Assembly: GCF_052425735.1 (NCBI RefSeq)
Contig: NC_135759.1
Location: 930,001 to 994,000, forward strand
Source: Oculina patagonica
Lineage: Eukaryota
DNA length: 64,000 nucleotides
Direction: 5' to 3'
A program made the position numbers and the translations under genes. Every line of letters begins with the position of its first letter. Positions within the stretch are counted from its first letter, which is position 1. Below, piece by piece: positions 11,901 to 21,729 of this stretch. Below the pieces are notes generated by a model that saw nothing but the letters and a program-made list of their open reading frames with translations, was not told where the DNA came from and did no database searches.

Positions 11901-14451
11901 AGTCACTTTGAACTGCAAAACATCGCTTTTGATAGAAATTAAGAATGTCCAAGTTTGTTTTAGAGTTGCTTTGTAGTGCTGTTTTAAGTTAAAAGGAATA
12001 CCTCGAATAAGCGCCACATCGGGACTGTGGCGCTTATTCGGGGGCGGCGCTTATTAAGTTTTTTGTTCCAAATGCGGCGCTTATTCGAGGGCGGCGCTTA
12101 TTCGAGTAAATACGGTAAGCACTGAAACTGGCGAACATCCAGCTTCTTTGATTACTATAAAAATGGAATGGACTCAAATCTGATAACAGCATGTCACACT
12201 GACTCACCAAACCAAGGAAATGAAGCCTTCCATTGGTAGCTTTTGCCTTTTCTGCTGCTTCAGCAAGAGTTTTGTTTTTTGCAAACTCCTTCTTTTCTGA
12301 GGTCATGTTAATTCTTACAATATCCTGTGCAAAAAGACAAGCAAGACTAATTTAGAATGACCCATTACTAATCTCATACATGTACGTGGCCTCAGTTGTG
12401 GTCATGCTGACTGTGACCATATAATTTTAAAATGTAATTATATACATCTACAAGCAGTCCAGGTCCAAAGATTGTGCCGTTTTCTTGAGAAAGTCACTTT
12501 TAATTGTACTCACGCAGCGCCTCTCTACAGACTGTACATCCAGGATTTTAAATGGGTACTCGTCTGGTATATTTTAAGGGCTAACTGATAATAAAAGTGC
12601 TGAGAGTAACCTGCATGCGATGGACTACAATCTTGGACAAAACTGTTGAAACACTTAGGAAATTTCCACTTATTTAGCTAACAGAGTTGCAACCCTCTCC
12701 CTCCATTTCAATGTTGTTAATGCTGACGGTATTTTCAAAACAAAGCCTGTCGAACCGCAAACCTCAAGAAACAACATTGAGTAGGGGGAGAGGGGGATAA
12801 AGTCTTTTTACCCGCTTGAAGGTCTGGACATTTGTGAAAAATGCATGAAATGTGTTTGTTTCAACTAGTTTTGTCCAAGATTGTAGCATCCAATCCAGGG
12901 GGAGTAGCAATACATCAGTTGCTTCATGCTATGCAAACTGGGATAAGTTTCGGTGCTGTGAGCCACTTTGGTTCGGTGCAGGCTATACGATTTGATATAA
13001 TACATGTAGGTAATCTATGTTGTTTTCACCTGGTAAACAACTCTTCCAGCTCCAATATTCAAATGTCCTACTTCACTATTACCCATAAGTCCTGCAGGTA
13101 AACCAACTGACAAACCAGACGCATCAAGGGTGGTGTAAGCGTTCTTTTCTCCAGCACAGAAGGCATCCATAACTGGAACTGTGGCATTGGCAATGGCATT
13201 ACCTGTAGCAGCAGGGGATTGATAAATGAAGGTATTCTGCCATGTCTCAGAGACACTTAAATTTAATAACTCAACACGTCATTACAAAGTTTTGCCCCTA
13301 CTCAATCCTTCAGAATCCTAACATCTGAAAACTACAAAAAGTACTGATACACCTGTTTGACTCATATCAACCATGTGGGAATCTAGTTCCAACATTCTTG
13401 GTTCAACTCCAATGTTCCGTTGCATATGTACGACATAAGTAACGATAATTCCTTCTTTCACAGGTCAGGAAAGGTGTTTTGACTTCCAGCCAATTATTAC
13501 AATCTATTTTTTTTTTCAATTTGAATTTCGATTCATCGCATTTAAAAGAAAATGCACACAAATTTACAGGTATTTGGCAATTTCCTTTTTGGATACAACA
13601 TGAACAGTCACCCTTATCAATAATGTCGTCACCATAAACAGGTGAAAGGTGCTGATGTACATAACCTCAAGCAGTGACTAAGGGATGGACCATTATTTTT
13701 TTTGAGGGGGGGGGGGGGATTTTTCTCGGCAAGATATTTTTTTCACCTTCAGGTTGTGCAATATTTTTTGTAAAATATTTATCTTATCTTGCGCGATTTT
13801 TTTTGTGCAGGATTTTTTTTGTGCAGGATTTTTTTTGGAAATTGCCTACCCCCCCCCCCCCCCCCCCTCAAAAAAAAATTAATAATGGTCCGTCCCAGTC
13901 CTTATTATTCAAACTTCTTTCGATGTTCGTGACCTCGTAACAAGAGGTGTCACGCAACGCTACGACTGTGATATTACTCAAGCTACTACTTTGCAAACAA
14001 AAATGAACCAGAAGACGTAACTATTTTAACTATCGCTACAAATGTTAAAAAAGTTGAAAAGATAAATTAGCAGGTTTTCTGACATTTTGGTGCAAGGTGG
14101 CAATATCACAGATCATTTAAGAACGTGACATTTTCGATCGACTGCGGACATCAATGAGATTTACCGCAATAACATGCTTAAAAGTAATGAAGGACGATAA
14201 TAATTTCTTGAAAAGCATGTTCTGCGATTAAACAACATTTGATCAACAACAAAATTTAGTTTAAGAGGAACATTAACCCTAAGCTTATTTTAAACAGATG
14301 CAGAATAGGAAATAATTTATTAGTAATGACAGTGCGATCCACAAACAATCATTGTTTTGCTGTGAAATATAATCAAATTACCTTCTTTGTTTTCAGAGAT
14401 GCCCCAGCCATCAATGACAATCAAACAGACCTTTTTCTGTACCTGAGCCAT
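5981..14451 (-). CDS. gpmI: 2,3-bisphosphoglycerate-independent phosphoglycerate mutase (iPGM), 12 exons, 515 aa
   Basis: Exons (minus strand): 14382-14451, 13030-13202, 12208-12324, 10538-10670, 9914-10092, 9341-9434, 9077-9186, 8270-8396, 7833-7981, 7233-7350, 6579-6713, 5981-6123. Total 1548 nt, all GT-AG, phases consistent. Motifs: [23 protein letters not shown] (catalytic Ser), [69 protein letters not shown]. Confidence 0.97.
8529..8756. mobile_element. PIF/Harbinger-like MITE (related copy at about 13682-13896)
   Basis: TAA|GGGACGAACCATTATT ... AATAATGGTCCGTCCC|TAA. Confidence 0.7.
11601..12115. mobile_element. pogo-like MITE in iPGM intron 3
   Basis: TA|CCGTATTTACTCGAATAAGCGCC ... 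GGCGCTTATTCGAGTAAATACGG|TA, with internal GCGGCGCTTATT repeats. Confidence 0.8.
12628..12883. mobile_element. TA-targeting MITE nested in an older SINE-like repeat
   Basis: TA|CAATCTTGGACAAAAC ... GTTTTGTCCAAGATTG|TA. Removing it restores GATGGACTAGCATCC...GCTTCATGC..AAAC.GGGATAAG, a repeat also seen near 56880 and 61620-61690. Confidence 0.7.
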
Positions 14452-14794
14452 GGCAAATTAAAAGTTAATTCACAAAATCCTTCTCTTACACAATCTTTTC
14501 CGAAGTTCAAGGGCCGGCCGGTATCTCCGCAGTGCATGATGGTTAATGACACGCGCGCACACTGGGAACGAGGTTGCGCGTCGGTTGCGCACAGACCTCT
14601 GGGGAGTTCGCATTTTCCGCCAATTTTCCGACATCAGTTTTAAAAAATACACCTGATTTTTAAAACATTAGCATTCTGCAAACTAAAGACAGCTGGCAAG
14701 CTATTTTACCAATTAATCAAATGCCGGGACCGTAGTTTATCCTTTCTCGGCCTGAAATCCTCAAAATTAATTCCGTCAGGAAGAGGCCTCATAT

Positions 14795-15252
14795 CTCAGG
14801 GGGGGGGGGGGGGGGGGGGGGTACTCCGGCCAACCTCGTTCCCAGGGCTTTTCCCTTGGTGTTTGAAATTTTCGATTCCGGGATTTTTTTAGGTTGGAAA
14901 ATTTGGCAAGTATTTTTTGGGTGACTTGATTTAAATAGGGGATTTTTGGGGGGTATTAAAAAACGAACTTGGCGCGGCCTTGGCGTAATTATGGTATGAT
15001 GAATAAACAAACGCGAGCGTTCAATCATGTTCAATTTTTTATGGTTTTCTTTGTGTTATTGCTCCTCCTGGCAATTTAGGTGTAATTTGACAAGGGTTTT
15101 TTTTTTGGGGGGGGGGGGGGTCATTTTTGGTCCAGGGATTGTTTTGGGTAATGTCGGAAGACTAAGGGATTTTTTTGGGTCCTGAGTTTTGCCTCCATTC
15201 GATCATCCCCGTCATTTAGAAGCCGGCCTACCCCCCCCCCCCCCCTCTGGGC
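14795..15252. mobile_element. Poly-G/poly-C-ended DNA element with 8-9 bp TSD
   Basis: CCTCATAT flanks both sides (14787-14794, 15253-15260). Ends are CTCAG(G)nTAC ... TA(C)nTCTGGG. It is inserted in a GATCG-rich repeat that extends to about 15527. Confidence 0.55.
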
Positions 15253-15823
15253 CCTCATATGATCGTCCATAAGCGATATCGGAGTTTTGAAAAAACACAT
15301 GTGCGTCGATCGGAATAAAATCGAATATTCATATGCGGGAACAAAGAAAAGATCATGAATTATTATCTTGATTGATTAACCCTATTTTGCATATACCAGA
15401 CGATCGGGGCGATCATATAAGAACCCCGGATCGCTTCCAATCGCTTCGATCGCCTACGATCGCCTCAGAATTTGCAAACGACAGAAGAGACAGAGACGAT
15501 CGGGGCGATCATATGAGAACCAGCCTTTAGCTTACGTCCTCGTTCTTCGAGTCACGTTTGATCTGTTAATCAGCATATTTTTTTTTAAAAAAACTTATCT
15601 AATCTGGCAATGTAGAGACCTTAATAGCCAGCAACTTTGCCATTTAGTGACCGAATTAAATATGAGAGAAATACGTTGAAAACTTAACAAATATTGTTAT
15701 ATAAAAACGTCAAATTTAATAACGTTTGTGTGGTTGTGTTAGGGTTGCCACCCAAACATACAAACTATCTTGAACGGGCTTTGAATCACGTGGTCTGCCA
15801 AAGCCTGTCAGAATGTGATAAAT

Positions 15824-17983
15824 CACAGGGAGCCCAGACAAACTGTTTGTGTATGGACTGTGCACATTTACATTTTTATAGAGAATGTATGGAATTTACC
15901 GAATGGTTTGTAAAATTGCGTAAAATGGTGCAAAACATTAACAAATTTGTGCTGAATAAATGTTAAGTTTCCTACCTTTTGTGTAGTGTCGTTCTTTTGG
16001 CTCGAAATGGCGAATTTGAGTCGATTGAAGGGTATTTTGCTTTCGCTGTTTACTATACATCTAATTATATGGAAAGGGTGGAAACTCCAACAGCTCCAAA
16101 GTAGAACACTTCCAGCGCCGAGCCGATTTTCGACCTGATAATCCCATCGCACAGCTTTCAAACTACGCACCAGAAAAGAGGAAGGCTTGACGAATCTTCA
16201 CGTATCATTTGATCGAAAATTTATCCAAACGGTCCGGAACAAGCCCTCAAACGAAAACGGGTATCCAAAAATTTTAAGCCGTCCGAATGCGTAGCACCAA
16301 TTTGTGGTGCCGAAGGGAAACGCTATTCCCCAACCTCTTTGTGATTGGATACAATTGAACAATGGTCGTTCAAGATTTTGTCTCGTGGATAGGGAGGCAA
16401 AGGCAAAACCAATACTCAATAGTATAGGGAGTGATATCAATAGTGCGACGCAACCTTAGGACCCTCGCTCAAAATATGGCAATTACGATGGCGATGCCGG
16501 AAGCGATGCAGTATCATTTAAATATGCGTCATTGTAACTTGTATGCGTCGAAGTAAAAGGAGTGCGCCATTGACGTCTGTTTATTTACTTCCAAATACAC
16601 TCTTCCCGAAACACAGCTCCCACAAACAATGAAAACCTTTTTCCCTTGCTTTAGCAGTCAACTGTTGATAGCCCTCACCACAAAAGATTTCCCTGTTCCT
16701 CCCTCTCCAGTTACAAGAATATTGTGCCCAGCTTCGGCTATGTGTAGGATTTCAGATTGTTCAGAAGTTAAGGTTTCGAACCTAGAAAATGAGGACTATT
16801 TCGGTGATTGCAGCCATAAATGTTTAAAACATCAAAAACAAAAAGAAAAATAAAGGAACTCAAACACGAGTACCTTGCCATATTCGTATGTCGCGAAAAA
16901 ATCCCACTTTTCCGCAAACTCGCGATCGCCTACATTTTCTGCGCTACGAAAGTCGTGATGGAACTTCGCGGGGTTTTCCCCATACAGCTGGACCTTAACA
17001 AAAGAATAGCAAATCACAACAACGGTTTTGCACGAGAGTTTCACATGTGGGTGTATTGTTTTGCAATCTCTGTAAAACAACTAGGTGAGATGACTAAAGC
17101 CTGATATTTTTTAGGGCTGTAAAATATTTTTTTTCGTTGAAAAATGAACGCTGACTTCTATTTGAAGCTAGCTAGCTTTAAAAATGAACTCATACCGACT
17201 AGATGTAGGTACTTACTCGTTTCTTAAGTCAGTATGAATATTTCATAATTACTTCGCCACACTGACAAGTTACAACGACGCATATTTAAATGTTAATGCG
17301 TCGCTTTCGGCATCGCCGTCATAATTGCCATATTTTGAGCGAGGGTCCTAAGGTTGCGTCGCACAATTGACGTCACTCCCTATACTATTGAGTATTGGTT
17401 TTGCCTTTACCTCCCTATCCACGAAACAAAATCTTGAACGACCATTGTTCAATTGTATCCAATCACAAAGAGGTTGGGGAATAGCGTTTCCCTTCGGCAC
17501 CACAAATTGGTGCTACGCATTCGGACGGCTTAAAATTTTTGGATACCCGTTTTCGTTTGAGGGCTTGTTCCGGACCGTTTGGATAAATTTTCGATCAAAT
17601 GATACGTGAAGATTTGTCAAGCCTTCCTCTTTTCTGGTGCGTAGTTTGAAAGCTGTGCGATGGGATTATCAGGTCGAAAATCGGCTCGGCGCTGGAAGTG
17701 TTCTACTTTGGAGCTGTTGGAGTTTCCACCCTTTCCATATAATTAGATGTATAGTAAACAGCGAAAGCAAAATACCCTTCAATCGACTCAAATTCGCCAT
17801 TTCGAGCCAAAAGAACGACACTACACAAAAGGTAGGAAACTTAACATTTATTCAGCACAAATTTGTTAATGTTTTGCACCATTTTACGCAATTTTACAAA
17901 CCATTCGGTAAATTCCATACATTCTCTATAAAAATGTAAATGTGCACAGTCCATACACAAACAGTTTGTCTGGGCTCCCTGTG
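15824..17983. mobile_element. Foldback DNA transposon with ~720-bp inverted arms and 7-bp TSD (P/Galileo-like, non-autonomous)
   Basis: Arms about 15824-16545 and 17262-17983 are reverse complements (an identical 100-aa ORF appears on opposite strands in the ORF track). Termini CACAGGGAGCCCAGAC ... GTCTGGGCTCCCTGTG. GATAAAT is duplicated at 15817-15823 and 17984-17990. Confidence 0.88.
16589..16881 (-). pseudogene. 5' fragment of an intron-containing PIF1-family (SF1B) helicase gene inside the foldback spacer
   Basis: Exon 16874-16881 (ATG GCA AG), GT-AG intron 16782-16873 and exon 16589-16781 give MARFETLTSEQSEILHIAEAGHNILVTGEGGTGKSFVVRAINS*LLKQGKKVFIVCGSCVSGRVYLE. It has a Q-motif LT.EQ, GHNILVTG, Walker A GEGGTGKS (16685-16708) and a motif Ia-like segment. 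In-frame TGA at 16658-16660. Confidence 0.8.
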
Positions 17984-18724
17984 GATAAATCTGATGATTT
18001 GAGCCGTCATTTGCAACGATATAGCATGCAGGGAATCCACAAAATTTGAAAATGTATAAGATAAGTTAAGGTACTTTATTTACGTGAAATATGCTAAGCT
18101 ATACGGCTAGTTTACAGATATTCCACAAATATATCCAGGTTTGTATCTGCTACAGCTACAATAGAAGGTGACAGACGATGCCAATTTTCTAAACCACTGC
18201 AGGGGTTAGAAAATTATATATGTTGGGTAACTAATAAATTATAAAACAGGCACGGCGAGAAGGAACATGAACAAAGAAAGAGGTCAAAACTTTCACATAG
18301 CAATGGTAAAATCGCGAAATTAAGTACACTTTCATTCACTTTTCAGTTTCTGACACCACGCCAATTTATACTTGCGAAATACAGCTCCGGAATTTTCGTC
18401 AAGTTTTTAGTGCACTCGAACGTAAAAAGAATAAGGAATATATTGACTGGAAAGTTGTTTACTTAAAAGAGTGTCAGCATACTTAATGTTTACTCAGTGT
18501 TTAGAAAAAATAGGTGTGAATTATTTAATAGGACTTTTCAAGGGGAGCTTTGAGTTAATTGAGAAAAAGCTAATCATAGGATTGCCATAAAAGAACTCTC
18601 AAGGGGGTTATAATCATTGCTTAAATTATTATCAATTATTCATCTTAATTCGAGATCAAAATTTACCCACGTAATTCAGTTGACTTCAGTCTGTACATAA
18701 TCCTTAACAAAGTTCAGTTAGAGG

Positions 18725-21700
18725 ATGTACATGTATGCACTTGTAGCGTTTTCCCTTGCAAACTATGTGCAAGGCTCAAATCGTATCACGGAGCCTCACT
18801 TCAAAGCAATCAATTTTGCAGAGGCTGTAGGTGGCCGAAAACTCGATGGGAACGTCATAAAAAACTTGGAAGTGACATCCGAAAAATCTTGTCAATTTGA
18901 ATGCGTCAAAGAAACTCGTTGTTTGTCGTACAACTTTCATTCCATCCAAGGGAAATGCCAGCTAAGTGACTCGGATCGTTTTGTTGGTCACGTGAACTTT
19001 ACACAGGAAGACGGAGCGTTATACAGAGGAACACAGGTAAAATATTAAGATTTACAGGTTTAAGAAGATGGGGAAGTAAGATTTACATAACGCTTTGGAC
19101 CTTGAGGAAAAAGGGGAACAAGATTGCACATTATTACAAAGTATTTGGTATAACTCGATATAACTCGAGGACTATTTACATATCTAGATGTAACTTAACT
19201 GAGCTACTAAAAAAGACTATTCCTATTATTGTCCTGCAAAGAGTAAAAATAATAGTGTCTTGTGCAAATCATGTTGGGTTTTAAAATGGAAAACATGAAG
19301 TTATGTTTTATTTTTCTGTTTAGAGCATCTGCGAAAGAGACAATCCGTGCAAAGAGAATGAAGTATGCACTGCGGACTACGAAGCAGGCACTCACTTCTG
19401 CAAGTGCTTTAAAGGTAGGTTTGCGCGGACATTTTCACGAGTAGGTTTCTACACTTGAAGCTTCAGTGTACGGAAATCTAATGAGTAAAGACGCGTACTG
19501 AACAAATGAAGATGTTTTGAAAGAATGTTTGAAGATTTTATACCGAAACCTAGCAATTCAGTTTATTTGATTAAATATTGTAGGTAAGTTTTTGGAGAAA
19601 GTTGTATTACAAATTCAACCAATTTTTAACATGCATAATTAATACAGTCATTGTTTTGGTATTTATTTAGAATGCCCCAGAAACAATTATAAACATTATA
19701 AAGGCAATGTCTTGGTATTCTTTTTTTTCCGTGTTAGAATGCTCTAGAAACTGTCGTGATCATTACCAAAACGGTTCCACATTTGACGGTGTATATTGGG
19801 TTTATCCTGACAAACAAGAACCCATTCAAGTGCTGTGTGACATGACAACTGACGGTGGTGGTTGGACAACTTTTCAAAGGCGTATGGATGGATCCGTGGA
19901 CTTCTTTCTCGACTGGGCATCGTACAAACAAGGTTTTGGAAATCTTAATGGAGAGTTCTGGCTCGGAAATGATAATCTTTACCGCCTGACCGCGTCTGCT
20001 AACATGATGCTTCGAGTTGATATGGAGGATTACGATGGTGACCGAAGATATGCCGAGTACACGACCTTCTCCGTTGCCGACGAGAGTGATAATTATCGGG
20101 TGACGATCGACGGATACCAAGGCACGGCGGGAGACTCGCTGATATCTTTAAATAAGCCCATCAGGTATGTTACGAGCATATCACTGTTTAGTCAGCAGTG
20201 TATAATCCAGTTATTAAATGGAAAAGATAAGCTTATTGAAAGAATGATAAAAGGTCGATTTGGGTTTGATCGTGATGTGGGATGAATGATGGGCCGCTAT
20301 TGGGCCGATGTTGGATCGACTTGGGGTCAATGTAAATATTCTGTTTATAAATTTCATGGAGCGTTGATTTCTTCCGGTAGTGGAAATATGATTTGTAGAA
20401 TAATGCATGGGTGTGAAGAGAAATGAAATTTCTTGAGTGTTCAACTCGATATCTCACGAGTGAGCGCAGCGGACAAGTGAGACATAGCGTTGAACACTCG
20501 AAGAGAAATTTCATATCTCCAAGCAAACATGTATTATTTTGCTTAATTTATAGAATTACTGATTATGAAGCTTTTGGTGACTTTCCCAAGATTTCCGAAG
20601 ATTCTATGAATAATGTCTGAAGGTAATACAAACGTTTCCGGACATTTTGAGTAAAACTTCCGAAGATTACAGAAGATCACCTAAATTTCCGAAGTTTTGT
20701 CGAAGACTTTCGAGGAAGTTCCAAAGATATTTAATCTATAGACCGACAAATTTAAGTAAAGGGTAAAACATGGCATCAAACATAATTAAAGTAATCGATA
20801 TCACCACAGTAAAATTACAGTAGAATCTCGATTTCTCGAACCCTCAGTTTCTCGAAACTCCCGATTTCTCTGAACAATTTTCGTTCCCCTTGGATAGTAC
20901 ATCTTTGTTATTTTACCCCCGATTTCCCAAGGCAATTTTCGTTTCCACTTGATATTCGAGAAATCGGGATTCGACTGTCTATTTTTTTACCTGTGTTCAA
21001 ATTAGGGTTTTTCTTAGGGCTGGAAATCTTTGCATTACACAGCAGTAAATATACCATGGATGTACAATATCCACGACGTTTCGAACTCATCTTGAGTTCA
21101 TTATCAAGTAGATAAGAATAAAATAACCGTTATTTTATTTTTATCTACTTGATAATGAACTCAAGATGAGTTCGAAACGTCGTGGCTTATTTTCGCTTAT
21201 TTTTATACTTAATTGTATATCGAAATGTTCTCTCATTAGAATGTACAATATCAAAGATCTTAGTCATTTACATCACACATTTCTGGTTATCCAAGGAGGA
21301 ACAAGATTGTCTCCCCCTGGTTGGGTTGCCTTGGGACTCCCCTCCCCCTCCCCGAGAGTCTGTAGGCGCGGGCGGGCGTACGCCACCAAATTTTTTGGCT
21401 TCATGGGTTTACCAAAAATCCTTACCCGTGGTGCTCCGCTGGCGCGCATCGCGCGCAGGAGCTCCACGGATAAGAAATGTTTACCGTTTCCCCTTTTATG
21501 TTGTTTCAGTAATATGCAGTTCACAACCAAGGACAGAGACAACGACGTTAATAGTAATGCCAACTGTGCAGTGAATAATTATGGAGGCTGGTGGTATAAT
21601 GGATGCCATAACGCCAATCCCAATGGTTTGTATCAAGGAGGAGGACATGCACAAGGAATCACATGGTCGTCATTCAGAGGCCAGGAATACTCCTTAAAAC

Positions 21701-21729
21701 ATATTGAGATCAAAGTTCGACCACAGTGA
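18725..21729 (+). CDS. Secreted PAN/apple-EGF-fibrinogen C-terminal domain protein (FReD/ficolin-like), copy A, 349 aa
   Basis: Exons 18725-19036 (signal peptide + PAN: CQFECVKETRCLSYNF..GKCQLSD), 19324-19414 (EGF-like), 19738-20164 (CDMTTDGGGWTTFQRRMDGSVDF, GFGNLNGEFWLGND) and 21510-21729 (FTTKDRDND, GGWWYNGCH.ANPNG). Total 1050 nt, phases consistent. Confidence 0.93.
21068..21114 (-). ncRNA. Minimal type I hammerhead ribozyme motif (U3-A8 variant)
   Basis: Minus strand reads UAUCUAC UUGAUAA U GAACUC aagau GAGUUC GAAAC GUC GUGGAUA: 7-bp stem I, 6-bp stem II, palindromic ACGU stem III and GUC cleavage triplet. Confidence 0.65.
21142..21188 (+). ncRNA. Minimal type I hammerhead ribozyme motif (inverted partner of 21068-21114)
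   Basis: TATCTAC TTGATAA T GAACTC AAGAT GAGTTC GAAAC GTC GTGGCTT. Stem I is reduced to 4 bp. Sense orientation in intron 3 of FReD gene A. Confidence 0.55.

Noticed and set aside
1349-14451. Bacterial contamination or a transferred operon (DUF924 + iPGM)
   Set aside because: Both genes have many spliceosomal introns with host repeats and are convergent rather than co-oriented.
15824-15830. Terminus CACAGGG resembles the RSS heptamer CACAGTG (Transib/ProtoRAG)
   Set aside because: Those elements make 5-bp TSDs. The 5-bp flanks here do not match (TAAAT versus GATAA), a 7-bp duplication does, and no RAG-like coding sequence is visible.
16970-16979. NF-kB-like site GGGGTTTTCC upstream of the FReD cluster
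   Set aside because: A single degenerate 10-mer is expected by chance in 64 kb. Another lies inside an iPGM exon, and no equivalent is conserved before the other copies.
15868-17939. Duplicated 100-aa and 80-aa ORFs on opposite strands
   Set aside because: They simply reflect the inverted arms. They have non-ATG starts and no recognisable domain.
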